From Azolla caroliniana (taxonomy: Eukaryota; Plantae; Polypodiophyta), in assembly GCA_043228905.1 (NCBI GenBank), contig JBHGNT010000011.1, forward strand, positions 4,154,001 through 4,218,000: 64,000 bases of DNA, written 5' to 3'. The notes below the pieces were generated by a model. The model was given only the letters and a program-made list of their open reading frames with translations. It did no database searches and was not told the origin of the DNA. Within the stretch, counting starts at the first letter, position 1; every line of letters begins with the position of its first letter. The translations under genes and the position numbers were made by a program. This document shows, one piece after another, positions 16,239 through 29,900 of the stretch.

Positions 16239-19200
16239 TCATGTTGGGCAAACACCACCATTTGCATGGTTATAAACATGCCTTGCCACAGCTTCTGCGA
16301 CTGCATTGGCTTCATCTTGTGATTCGCCCTCTGCATAAACCCTTACTATATCCTCCGTTCCGGATGGCCTCACAAAAGCTCGCCCACATCTAACTCTCTC
16401 TAAACAAATGTGATCATGTAAGATGTCTAACAAAGGGAGAAGAACATTAGATTTGAAATGATTAAAATACGAAATTCTACTCACCAACTTCCATATTAAT
16501 AGCATCTTGGAGACCTATTGGTTGTGTAACAATGGTCTCTGCATGAGCTGTCTTGATAAAAGTTCTGTCTTTTATCTTCACCTGTCAAACCGAAGAGTCG
16601 TATCTATAAGTCATTCATAAGGATCGTATATGTAAGAGTGTATGGATATAAATTCATAAGACTAGATGCTTACAAATTAATTGTGTGCAAGCGTATGTCA
16701 GATAAGGAGAGAAGTACCATATCAACATGAATACAATCTAGCCAAAATTGTTCATTAATAGATTGAGTAGATGATGGAGGTATACAACTTCTCAATCACA
16801 TTACGTAAACATGCAAATGGAGTACCAGAGAACTCCATCTCAACGTGGATAGATTTTATCAACCTCCGTGTACATGGTGTGGATTAGAGAGATGATATGA
16901 CATCCCTAGAATGATAATAAATGTACATAGAGAAGAATGAAGCAGATAATAAAGGAGTACTTCATATGCATGTTGGTATAAGAATCTTCATCTAGTGTAT
17001 ACTTTACCTTCAGTTGCTTGCTAGGAAGATCTTTGTATACACTATCCCACTCCTCTATTGACCAGCCGAGATATTGTAAGACTGCTTCCACGAGTAATAA
17101 TACACTTAATGCATCACCAATAGCTTGGTTTATCACATGACTAACTGCCAGCAGCCTTTGTGTCACCTTCCAAGCAGCTGCAAGAAGTATAAGGAAACTA
17201 AACGAAAGAACTAGAGATGAACAGCCGTTTATTCCAAAAGATAATAACAATAAAAGACAAGACAACATTTTAAGATGTAATCTCTTGTATGGTCTTAGAG
17301 GCAATTTTGGCCTCTTAAAAGATGTTAATGTATCTTTCTTTCTTTCTCATCACTCCCCCAACCATTGACATGAAACTTGAATTTAAATAGACACACAATA
17401 CTATGGAATGAGGTGAGAGAATGCCATACCAACAATGTGATAAAAAAAGGAGGGTCTATTAAAGTAGAAGCTGTTCTTGGAATGGCAGATTTGGCCATAG
17501 AAAGAGACGATTTAATGCTGTAAAGTAGCCTTGTTAATGTTCTTGGAATGGCAGATTTGGCCATAGATAGAGAAAATGAAACATCAAGGAATAAATAGCC
17601 TTGTTAACGTTAGTTGAATAGCAATATGAAGCAAATCATATTGTCCTCGCTAAAACCTAAGCGATGTGTTTCTTGATATTCAACACAGCTAGATGCAAAG
17701 AACTTACATGCTGAGTACAGTTTCATGACTAGAACAAAATCAAGAATATTTCCTCGTTTAGCATGGGTTTATGGTTTTTTTCATATGCTAAGTATATGGC
17801 ATGACTCATACTCATGTGCCCTAGCCAATGTCCTAATATAACCAGAGAAAGGTTAGGCATATGAATGAAGGGCATCCAGAGATGGGGTTAAAGATTCTCT
17901 ATCCCTGAGATGGCCTCTCGCAGTCTTGTACTCAGAGAAGTTAATCCATATGTTTCCCTTGGTTACAAATTACCCAATTACCAGGGTATCTATGAGCTTG
18001 TTGAATCTTCCAGTGAATCCCTTGACAATAGTATGATGGCATGTAATACTTTTGAAAACTTGAGAAGGTGAAGAGTGTGGACCCAAACTCCACACGTTCA
18101 TGAAGATTTGTCCTTTATTTCATGTTTCTCATGGAAGCCACTTTCACCACCAGCAAGCTTCATTTAGCTTCCAAAGTCGAGAAGATTCTGATAACTCTCC
18201 CATGGTAGACTTAAGCATGTAATCATTAAAGAGCCTACACCATTGATGATTGCGCATGAGAAACAGCTTCCAATGTCAATGGAGCTCCTACCAAGGTCTA
18301 AGAATTCCATCATGAGTATGCAATGGAAGCCACATATCAGAAAACCACCACTGTTCTTACACTTCTTTTAAAGTTCATCGCTAAAGGGCGATGGAAGATT
18401 GCAGTATTTTCTGGAAGCTTCTACTGAGGATATTCTAGAACGTTGGCATCATCACTTATTTTGCAATCTTGATGATTTGGGCATCTCTAGCTTTAATTTC
18501 CCTCGCCCTTTGTTCTATTATAAACAGAGGTCTTGGAATGCATGCTCTAAGGCTCTGTCAAGTTCACTACGTAAGTTACTACCTACATATATGCAGTTCT
18601 ATTCTATGTTAGGTCTCATTGGCCATTGTGTTATTTTAGAGATGTTATTGTTTCTTTCTTCTTTCTCTTTCACAGATCACTTCCATGACCATAATAGAAA
18701 CTGAAACACAGGAACACCAAACAGCTTTCTCGGTTCTTGTAATCGATGTCAAACTAGAGTGAAAAAAAAAATGGCAAAAAATATGTCTAACTTAAAACGT
18801 TCTACAGTATTCAATTTTCATGAACCATGTCATATTTTTTCAGAATTTCAATAATATAAGTTTCAATATTTATCATATGCATACCTTCCATGCTGGTATC
18901 ATTCTCCAAATCTATAGACTTCTTTCCCAACCACTGAAGAAATTCCTTTTTGAAAAGGATGGTACCATGGCCATTTGCCTCAAAATAGATCCCAATATCA
19001 TATTCTGCAGCCTTATGATGCAAGTGCTTGACTCCTGTGGAAGTGAAAGCAACCTCAATACCCAAATTCTCTTTCAAGTACCTTGTTGATGCCCCATTTG
19101 CATATGCAGTCTGCACGACTCCAAATTTTATTGAATAACTGTCATCTACCTCCACATTTCCCTTGTTACATCCAGATAGCTCTTGAATCTGCTGTTGTAT

Positions 19201-20655
19201 GAAGATAGCAAACAATGTCAAAATCTTGTCACCATCCAGCAACTTCAAGCTTTGTAAAGCACCAGGGTTAGGTTTCTTGGCATAGAAAAACACTATTCTA
19301 TCTGCATCACCATCAAGACTAGCACACCTGCTGTAAGCTTGAGTGAGTAAATTCAGAAATTTTCAAAAAATAGAGTACAAGATATGCTGATAAAATGGTA
19401 ACCTTTGATCTAGATCATTTGGATAAGCAAAGTTACGAGGAAATGCCCTCTCTTTCTGGACGAAATCGGCCCCTACAAGATCATTCAATAACCCATTGCT
19501 TTCCATGCCAGAGTTCCTGATATCCAACTTCAGTTCGGGAATGAATTTCTGCAATTGTGAGAGTTTACTTGCACCAACCCCATTGGCTCCATCTACTATG
19601 AATCTTGTTTCTGAAAAACCCAAGGTTTTCTCTGATGGCTTCAAGTCTAACAGACGCCTGACCAATAAATATACATCAAAATGAAATGTTAGTGGTAAGG
19701 ATAGAGAGCTCATCCCAACTACAACGACACAACGGAAAGCTTTGATTGATTACCTGAATCCCTTAGAAATATTGATATAGTAGTCTTGTTCAGAAGTCCC
19801 AGCTGTTTGGTTATGAGCACGAACCATCCAATGAAGTTGAGGGGTCGTGAGAATACCTAGAACCAATGGCTCCACTCCTGCCACAGCTTCTACACCCTGG
19901 ACAAGATGAAGGTGACTAGAAACCCCCTTGGTTATTCCAAGAGAACATCTAACTTCTCTACATATAATTCAATACCTGCCTCGCTGCATCCAGAAGCCTC
20001 TCGCCACTTGGTCTAGTGTCTCTGGCTAAAAAAACCCTCCCAGGATCAAGAGATGGATTTTTGACTTGATACACATGCATGAATTCAGATAAAACCTGAA
20101 ACAACAATGATAATCACCACCTTGTATGATGTGCTCCCACGGGTCGATCTCAATAAATAATGAAAAATAACATATTTATACATGCTGAAGCAGATATAGT
20201 TTACCTGTGAAACAGATTCAGGGCTAGAAGCATTTGCCAAGGCTTCTGCGAAAGGTTCCCAATCTTGAGATAGCATCTCACCGCCAGGGTCAGCAACTTT
20301 CACACCATTATCATTGATAGGATTGTGAGATGCAGTTATCATGATGCCGATAGCTGATCCGGTGGAGAGAGATCTTAGAGAAGCCAAGATACCGGTCCGG
20401 AAAGCAACGGGATCCAGGAGAGTGGCATCTGTCCTGAAGCCTGCAGTGCCATAAGAGAAACGGAATCCTGCAAAAACCGATGGTTCTTCAGTTGAGCTCG
20501 AATGATGAAGCACTCCCTGGGATGGATGGATTGCAACCAATTGTTTGCTACAGCATTACAAATCAACAAAAAAACAAGGAACAAGCCGTACCTGGAGGGA
20601 TGGGGAACTTTGATACTGCACTGAGGAGACGGGCATTGTCAAGCTGCAGCGCCAT
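16239..20655 (-). CDS. AGM1: Phosphoacetylglucosamine mutase (AGM/PGM3), 571 aa; exons 20655-20592, 20467-20205, 20095-19976, 19896-19754, 19657-19403, 19327-18885, 17177-17008, 16581-16485, 16399-16239
   Basis: Motifs YGTAGFR, ITASHNP (catalytic Ser), DGDADR (metal site), YFEANGHG and RPSGTED. All 8 introns are GT-AG with consistent phases; total 1716 nt. Confidence 0.95.
17472..17590. repeat. Short intronic tandem duplication (~66-bp period)
   Basis: tgttcttggaatggcagatttggccataga occurs twice in AGM intron 6. Confidence 0.75.
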
Positions 20656-20904
20656 AGCCACCGAGGGTGTCAGCTCCAAGATTTTTGACTCAGGATCAGA
20701 CAAAAGGAAGAATCAGGAATCTGATTCCAAGAAATGCCCATCTCTGTCTGTCTCTGTCTCTGTCTCTGTCTGTGTTTATCCTAATTCCATAAATTACCCC
20801 TCTCTCTATCTCTCTTTGTGTTTATCCTAATTCCAAGAAATGCCCCCCCCTCTTTGTATCCCTGTTTATCCTAATTCCATGAGAAATGACCCTGTCTCTC
20901 TCTC

Positions 20905-23123
20905 TTTTGGTAAAAGCACACAATTATATTAATTGTATGTAAACTCCACTTAGTTACAACAGTTCTTAGTCTCCTCTGCCTATCATATATGCCTATGTAG
21001 GGAGAGGGACGTTCTGTAATGCTACCAAAAAACCTGAATATGCATTTGAGGAAATGATCCCCACATGCTCTAACATCCAAAAATTCCACATGAGAATACC
21101 TTTTAGCTTCTTTATATAGGCTTTCACCCCATGTCTATTATCAAACATGAAAGCATTACGCATTATTCCAATTGTGTTGTAGACCCCAATAACGTAAAAA
21201 TTGGAACAATATCTCCATCTCATCATTTGAACCATTTTGAACCTATTGAGAAAAACCCCATTGTTGAGGTCTCAAACAACAACGGGTTTAAACTTGCCGA
21301 ATGTCTAATAATTACTTCCAAATGGTACACACTATGGGACATTTAATGAACCTATGTGTACTATCCTCCAATGGAACGGTGCAAAAGAAACAAGTGCCAG
21401 ACCCTAGTCCTCGTCTCTTTAAGGCTGACCTTAATGGGAGCCCACCAATCATGACTCTCCATATGAATACCTTTGCACGAAATGGTAGATGGGAATACCA
21501 ACCACGTTGGAATATTTTCCACCACCTTGCATCTGACTTACATACATTCCACAACTTCGTTGCTTTAGGAGATAACCAAGATAATGATGCCATCACACGA
21601 TGATATAATATATTTGTAGTGACCTGTAACAAGCGTGTACCATCTTGTAACCGCCAATCCACCCAAGGTGCAAAATTTGTTTTCAGCAGCAAAGATCCTT
21701 GCAACAATGGTATATCTTGTAATTTCTCCCAAATAAATCCATAATTTGGGGGAATACATAACCATCGCTTGACATCTTCAAAATCCGACAACATTTGAGA
21801 TTCATTATCAACCACATCTTCCAAATGTACAATCCCCAATCGAAATAAACGATTGAATTGAGATCTCAACTTCTCTTTCCCATGCCAAAACAACACTCGA
21901 GAAGAAACAAGCAATTCATTTTGTAATGAATTACAAGATTCTCGATCACTTGATGGTCCCCATTCAAAAAGAGATAGTGCATCTTGTCACGATCTTACCA
22001 AACGTTGTCCACATACAGAATGTCGAATCTTTAGAGGAATACTTCGATTGAGTAATGACCACCATGATGCTTGAATCTTTGTTTTCCTGTGCACCAATCC
22101 TTCATGCTCAATAAAATATTGCATCATAGATATCCATGGTTGATCTTGTTGACATATATCTCGTAATAATGCAAATCTACGAGCCATCAAATGCCTTTCC
22201 AAATCTAATATTGCTGCACCACCAAACATTTTAGGAGTAGCCAAATGGTCCCATGAAATCCATGTAACTCCCATCATTTCTCCCTTTCGCCACAACATGA
22301 ACCGAATAGGTTGTAACATGTTTTGTAATGCCTTCTTAGTCCAAGGTAGTAAAGGCAAAAAATATAATAACATGGATATCATGATACATTACACCGCTTT
22401 GAGTCGTACATGAAAGGGCCATAATTGAGACTTCCAATACATAAATTTGTCCTTCAATTTACTACCAATCCAATCAATCAATTGAACATTTGTAACATCA
22501 ATACCCAATGGAAAACCCAAATGTCGATAAATTGATCCTCATGTAATCACTGACCCTCGCCATCCCAAACATTCCAAATCACTCTCTGTACAAGAAATAA
22601 GGCTAGACTTCCGCCAATTTATATATAACCCTGCAGCCAAAGCAAATTGATCCCAAACTTGCATAGTCCTTTTAAGCTTTTCTTTTGAGGCTTGTAAAAA
22701 CATAAAAGAATCATCAGCCAATGCTTGTGCCACCAATTGTCCACCAGAAGGAAGATGCAAACCCACAATATCACCACTGGCCGTAAGATTTGGCAATATT
22801 ACTAACAAAGAGTGTGTAACAATAGCAAATAACAATGGGCTTAGTGGACATCCTTGCCGCACGGATCTAGTAAGAAACACTTTCGAAGTAACTCCGCCAT
22901 TAAGCATCACACGCGAGGTTGCATTTTGCCCTAGCACAAAGATAAGTCGACACATACGAGGACCAAACCCCATATTATACATCACACATGAGAGGAAAGA
23001 CCAATTAACATGATCATATGCTTTTTCCAAATCTAATTGCACCATAACCATTTCTTGATGTGTATGTCGAGCATAATTGGTAGCCATTTGAACATTCAAA
23101 ACATTATGCAATATATTTCTACC
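20905..23123 (-). mobile_element. L1-type non-LTR retrotransposon ORF2 remnant (RT + zf-RVT), cut on its 5' side by an LTR insertion
   Basis: LDLEKAYDHVNW, RQGCPLSPLLF, ALADD, PKMFGG and CFFC...HRFIKC motifs across ORFs 22539-23111, 21987-22382 and 21312-21914, with stops and frameshifts. Confidence 0.9.
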
Positions 23124-23314
23124 TGTTACACTAAGACTATTGAGATGATGAATAAGTTGAGGTAAGAACTTTTGAAGTGTGAAAGATAATGTGCGGAAGC
23201 GAAGACAAAACCGGTTAGTCCGGATAACAGCAGAACACAGAACAAAGGTTTAATGGAAAGCTTGAATACACGGGAGAGACAAAGAGAGCAGAACAGTAAA
23301 TTGTCAAGACACAC

Positions 23315-23359
<45 letters not shown>

Positions 23360-23791
23360 TCATTGAAAGGGAATTATTATATTGAAGAGTAAAATGGATT
23401 ACAAAAAGTAGGCAATAGAGTGCTACAAAATGGCGTTGAACCAATTTAGGTTTGGGATGAGTGGTAGATCCCTATTTATAAGTAATAGAGAATACTCTAC
23501 AATATTCTAGGTTATCCTAGAATGTAGAGTAATCTAGAAGATCTCTAGATAGAAGGTTCTAGTGTATAGAACACTCTAGAATATTCTAGGTCATTCTAGA
23601 ATGTAGAGTAATTATTATAGAATATTCCTATGATATTAGATTTCATATTCTAAAAACTATACATATAAGAATGTTAATACAATGGTTAAGGATTTGACAT
23701 GTGTACAACAAGGTCGTGGGTTCACATCTTTTCGAGGCATAATGTGAGTGTCATGATCCTTTTGATGCATGATGTGAGTGTTATCATGACA
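23124..23791 (-). repeat. 3' LTR of the chromoviral gypsy
   Basis: TGTTACA...ATGACA termini adjacent to the PPT; contains a (GA)n tract and tctaga-rich sub-repeats. Confidence 0.85.
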
Positions 23792-24640
23792 CTATCCCCC
23801 TTCTTCAACAACATGTCTCACGGGGTCGTAGGGTTTGTATTAGGACATGGTTTACGAGGATATTGGCTATGAAATGCAGTGACGAGTTTCGCAACATTGG
23901 AAAGATTTGCAGTAGGTTCCCAAGTTCGATCATTGGGGGTATAGCCTAGCCAATCGACTAAGTAATACATCTTGTTGTGCACAATTTTAGAGTCGAGAAT
24001 GGCAACAACTTCAAATTCGGGTCCGTCCAAGAACTCGATAGGTGGTGGGGGTGTCGTAAAACGGCCCGGAATTGAACTTGTAGTATAAGGTTCCAAAAGG
24101 GATACATGAAACACCGGATGAAGATGCATGTCCAAAGGGAGGCCAAGATGAAATGCAACATCACTTATCTTACCAGTGATCATGTAAGGGCCAAAACATT
24201 GGTAATCCAATTTACTCCAAGGTCGAGTGGTCTTGATGTTGTGTTGGAGAAGCCATACATGATCCCCAATGCGGAACTTTTTTGAGGAGTCTAGACGATG
24301 ATGATCAACAAGCCTCTTGTGTGTAACTTGAGCATCGTGCAAATTGTGGAGAATGGTAGCGTGAATTTCTTGGAGGCAACTAAGGCGATCCTCAATAGCA
24401 GGGTTCATAGGAACGTTTGCATGTGCATTCATTGTCTACCGAGGATGCCAACCTGTATTTGTGAAAAATGGGGAATATCCTGTAGAAGAATGGGCTAAGT
24501 TGTTGTAAGCGAATTTCGCCAAGTGCAAAAAATCAACCCAATCATCTTGTTGATAGTTGATGAAACAACGAAGATATTGCTCCAACGTCTGGTTGGTACG
24601 CTTAGTTTGGCCATTTGTTTCGGGATGATAGCCCGAAGAA

Positions 24641-25316
24641 AGCTTAACCGAAATGTGGAGAAGTTTGAACATGTGCTTCCAAAACTTTGAGATGAATTGT
24701 GAACCACGATCACTAATAATATCATCTGGTAGACCATGATGCTTAAATACCTCCCGCATAATGAGATCAACCGCCTCTTGCCTAGTAATCAACTTCGTAC
24801 ATGGCAAGAAATGTGCCATTTTGGTAAATCGATCAACCACTGTGAGAATTGCATCAAAACCTTTTGAAACTGGGAGCTTAACCGAAATGTGGAGAAGTTT
24901 GAACATGTGCTTCCAAAACTTTGAGATGAAATGTGGAGAAGTTTGAACATGTGCTTCCAAAACTTTGAGATGAATTGTGAACCACGATCACTAATAATAT
25001 CATCCGGTAGACCATGATGCTTAAATACCTCCCGCATAATGAGATCAACCACCTCTTGACTAGTAATCAACTTCGTACATGGCAAGAAATGTGCCATTTT
25101 GGTAAATCGATCAACCACTGTGAGAATTGCATCAAAACCTTTTGAAACTGGGAGATCAGTAATGAAATCCAAGGATATAGACTTCCAAGTAATCAACTTC
25201 GTACATGGCAAGAAATGTGCGATTTTGGTAAATCGATCAACCACTGTGAGAATTGCATCAAAACCTTTTGAAACTGGGAGATCAGTAATGAAATCCAAGG
25301 ATATAGACTTCCAAGT
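24641..25316. repeat. Three stacked tandem duplications (234, 44 and 126 bp) within gypsy integrase
   Basis: Repeat starts at 24641/24875, 24884/24928 and 25062/25188. Confidence 0.88.
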
Positions 25317-26634
25317 ATTTTACGGAATGGGAAGTGGTTGTAGTAAGCCACAGGATTGGTGACGAGGACTCTTTGATTGACAACATATATCACAGCTGTG
25401 AACATACTCCTCAACAAAATGACGAAGGTGAGGCCACCAATAGCGTCGAGAAATTAATTCTAGAGTCTTGCGAACTCCAAAATGACCAACCATTGGTGAA
25501 TCATGGCAATGTTGTAAAACTTGTAGTCACGGGGGACCATCAGGAACATGCAATAGGTTTTGTCGAAACAGAAAACCACCATGCCAATAGAACTGACGAT
25601 AGTCATTACGAGGATTTTTCGACCATGAGCAAGAAGCACGATCCGGGACGATATGATCCAAAACATCCTTGGCGAAATCATCAGTGGCCATATGATCTCG
25701 AATGGAATCAAGAAGAGTGGAATCTTCAAGAGTTGTTATGGCGTTAACTACCATTAATCGTAAGCGGTTAGGACCCAAAAGGATTTGTTTTTGATGCTCA
25801 AATGCAGGTTCCCCTAGATGAAGTTCCATATAAGAGCGCCGAGAAAGAGCATCTGCTTTGCCTTGCTGCATCCCAGGGCGATACATGATGATAAAGTCGA
25901 AGTGAGTCAAAAATTGCGCCCACCGGGCTTGTCGCCGACTCAAGACTCTAGCATTTTGGAAATAAGTCAGGTTCTTATGATCATTGTAGACAATGATTCG
26001 CTGAGAAGAACCTTCTAGAAAATGTCGCCATTGTTGAAACGAATTCACAATTGCAAGAAGCTCTTAGTCATGGATCTCGTAGTTGATCTCTACAGCTTCA
26101 AACTTTCGTGAATGAAAGGCGACAGGGTGTAGTTGTCCATCATCTCCAGTCTGCGAGAGGACACTCCCTAGTGCAAAATCGGATGCATCGGCTTCGAGGA
26201 TGAAGCGTTTTGTTGGGTCGACATGTGCTTAGATAGGTGCCGTTGTAAATGATCATTTTAAGCTTTCGAATGCCTCGACTACATTTGAACTCCATATAAA
26301 TGGCTAATTTTTATGTGTCAGTTGAGTAAGTGGAAGCACAACCTTGGAATAATCTTTAATAAATTTTCGATAAAAATTGGCAAACTCGAGAAAACATTGC
26401 ACATCACACACTGAAAGGGGCGTTTGCCACTCTGAAATGGCCTGTACCTTCACGGGGTCCATAGCAATACCATCTGATGATACAACATACCCCAAAAATT
26501 CCACTTGATTCTGGCTAAAACTACACTTTTCTAATTTTGCGTAGAGACCATATTCTTGGAGTCGACGCAGTACCTGACGAACATGTTCATCATGCTCCTC
26601 TTGGGTCTTCGAGTAGATTAAAATATCATCTAGG

Positions 26635-26917
26635 TAAATCATCAACATAACGCAAGACCGGTTCGTGTCGACCTTGCCGGATGAACATTGAAGAGTCTAA
26701 CTTTGACGCGGCAAACCCCATTCGATGCAGTCGTTGTGTGATCTTCGTGTTCTAGGCTTGTGGGGCTTGCTTTAGTATGTAAAGGAACTTCTTCAGTCCA
26801 CAAATAGCTGACATGTTCATTTTGGATTGAAATCCGGGGGGTTGAACCATAAACACTTGTTCCTCAAGATCACCTTGTAGGAAGACGTTTTTCACATCCA
26901 TCTAATGTAGATGCCAG
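26635..26917 (-). pseudogene. Fragment of a third copia (element C) RT, from HLH*MDVKN to YVDDL
   Basis: Minus-strand [24 protein letters not shown]...LKQAPQA...YVDDL. An almost identical copy lies at 37938-38220. Confidence 0.85.
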
Positions 26918-29900
26918 TGATGCGAATATGCGAAATAATGCTCAGCCTTAACCGAGTCTTCAATCACTTCTTTGAGAATTACAAACACAGAAATGGGAAT
27001 GTGGAGATAGATGTACGTATACACAAAACACTGTAAACAAGAGAGTACACAAGATGTTAACGTGGAAAACCCTGAGAGGGAAAAACCACGGGAGCCCACA
27101 GACTCCAAACTATCACTATGTCAAAAGAATACAACAGGGGGCATAGAGGCAACGACCTCGTGCTCACTCTCTTCGCCTGGCGGCGGTTACAACAGAGAAT
27201 CACTCTGTCACTCTGTCTCTCTGTCTCTCTCTCTGTGTTATGCTTTGTACAATAGTTACACAGACAACACAAAGAATGACCAACGACAACAATAGTGTTT
27301 GCCCTAGGTCATATTTATACTAATATGACTTTCGGGCTATTTACAAATATAACCACAATGGGCTAACAAAAACATATTTACATCTATGTCCCTTCATCCG
27401 GTGAGAGGTTCTCACCGGGCCTGCGTCATCCGGTTCTCACCGGGTCTTCCTTGTCGAGTACACATCATCCGGTTCTCACCGGGCCTTTATCATCCCATCT
27501 GGAGGGACCGAAATCCCAACAAACTCCCCCTTCCCTCGGGCATGGGATGTCTGGTTAGTCCAACTCGCTTCCGGCATGCATCTAGCTTGTCGGGCCTCAG
27601 CATCTTGGTCAGCATATCTGACCCATTCTCCTCCGTGTGGATCTTCGTCAGCACAAATTCTAGATCTTCCACTCACTCCCGAATCCAGTGGTACCTCCGC
27701 TAGATGTGCTTCGTCCTGGAATGATACGCCGCATTCTTCGCAAGGTGGATGGCACTTTGACTGTCACAATAGAGCCGATATTCCTCTTGCCGGATCCCTA
27801 GCTCTTTGATGAAGTCCTTCATCCATAGTATTTCCTTGCCGGCTTCCACAGCCGCCATGTACTCTGCCTCCGTGGTTGATAACGCAACCTTCTTCTGCAG
27901 CCTCGACTGCCACGAAACAGCTCCCCCTGCATATGCCATAACATATCCCGATGTTGACCGGTTGGTATCCGCATCAGCCGACATATCCGAATCGGTGAAA
28001 CCATCAAGTTGGGGTTTATTGGAGCCGAATCAGAGACACATAGTTGAGGTGCCTTTCAAGTATCAGAGTATCCATTTTACCGCATTCCAGTGCTCCTTGC
28101 CGGGATTGCTCATAAACCGGCTCACCACTCCGACTGCATATCCGATATCCGGTCGAGTACACACCATTGCATACATTAAGCTCCCGACGGTAGAGGCATA
28201 TGGTATCTTCATCATATCCGCCTTCTCTGCCTTCGTCTTCGGGCTTTGCTTACCGGATAACCTGCAGTTTGTCGGGAGTATCGATCCGATCGGTTTCGCA
28301 TCTGACATGTTGAATTGCTGAAGCACCTTTGTCACGTACTTCTCCTGTGACAACCACAATTGCTTCTTTGACCGGTCCCGTATGATATTCATCCCCAATA
28401 TTTGTCTTGTTGGACCCAAGTCTTTCATTGAGAAGTTCCGGTTCGGAGCCTTCTTCAGCGTCTGTATCTTGACTTGGTCTTGTCCGACGATCAACATGTC
28501 ATCCACGTACAGGAGGAGTGCCAGGAAGTCTCCACCTTCAAACTTCTTCACAAATACGCAGTGATCAGCGTCTTGTGGTACCCTTGATTGGTCATGAAGG
28601 AGTTGAACTTCCGGTACCATTGCCAGGGAGCCTGCTTCAAACTGTAGGGCTCTTCTTCAACTGGAAAACCAGGTGCTCCTTCCCTTTCTTCACAAATCCC
28701 TCCGGTTGCTGCATGTAGATCTCCTCTTCGAGGTTGCCGTGGAGGAATGCCGTCTTCATGTCTAACTGCTCTACCTCGAGATCCATGCTTGCCGCTATGC
28801 TCAGTACCATCCGGATGGAAGTCATCTTTACTACCGGGGTAAATATCTCGTCGAAGTCCATGCCCTTCTTCTACTGGAACCCCTTCACCACGATCCTGGC
28901 TTTGTATCTCGGGGGGTTGCCAACATCTCCCGGTTTTAGCTTGTACACCCACTTGTTTCGGAGTGCCCTCTTTCCTTTCGGCAACTCCACCAATTCATAC
29001 GTGTGGTTCTCATGCAGGGAATCCATCTCGTCCTGCATGGCACTCAACCACTTGCGCTGTGGGTGTCTCTCTTAGCTTCTTTGAGGCTTTCTGGCTCCCC
29101 CTCATCGATTAGCAGTACATGCTCTGCATCCGGAAATCTCCCGGGGACCCTTCTCTCTCTGAGAGGATATCTGCGTCCTTGGTTTCCGGTAATCGGCTCC
29201 TCTGTTTGTTCTTCATCCGAATCCGAATCGGGGTCTTGGCCGGTTCCAGTTTCTGCTTCCTCTTCTTCTTCTGCCGGTTCGGTGTCCTCTCCGTAACCGG
29301 CCAATTCTTCGAGTGTCAACCGGCTCTTAGCTGGGAAGGTCCGAATCTCATCAAACCGATCCTTACTGGTCGACTCAGAGTTCATTATCTTCTTCTCCAA
29401 CTCCCAGTTGGCAAGGGTCTTGTCCTCCATGAAGATAATATATCGACTCTGGAAAACCTTCTTGTCGACCGGATCCCACACTCGGTAGCCGAACTCATCA
29501 TCGCCGTATCCGAGGAATATGCACGACCGAGACTTTGGATCTAACTTTGCTCTCTGGTCCTTTGCAACATGCACGTAAGTGAGACACCCGAACACCTTCA
29601 GATGCCAGTAAGACACTTCCTTACCTGTCCACACTCTCTGCGGCGTGTCTTCGTCCAAGGGTACTAAGGGTGATTTGTTTATCACGTACGTAGTTGTCGT
29701 CAGGGCCTCAGCCCAAAATGTCTTGGGTAACTTGGCATGTGCTAGCATACTCCGAACCCTCTCCATTATGGTTTGGTTCATCCTCTTGGCCAGCCCATTG
29801 AGTTCTGGCGTCTTCGGCATGGTAAATTCGAACCGGATTCCCTTTGAGCGGTAGTACTCTTCGAACTGCCCCCGGTATTCTCCTCCGTTATCTGCTCAAA

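Larger units (their letters stand above)
23124..26639 (-). mobile_element. Ty3/gypsy chromovirus (Tcn1-like): C-terminal RT, RNaseH, integrase, chromodomain, PPT, 3' LTR; 5' half missing
   Basis: [42 protein letters not shown] and chromodomain EFEVVAILDSK...YLVDWLGY...TWEP. PPT ttgaagaagggggatag at 23792-23808. Confidence 0.92.

Noticed and set aside
17850-18500. Possible additional exon or gene in AGM intron 6
   Set aside because: The AGM frame is complete without it; the region looks like decayed TE sequence.
26304-26917. Functional hybrid copia-gypsy reverse transcriptase
   Set aside because: The join is out of frame and both halves carry stops or frameshifts.
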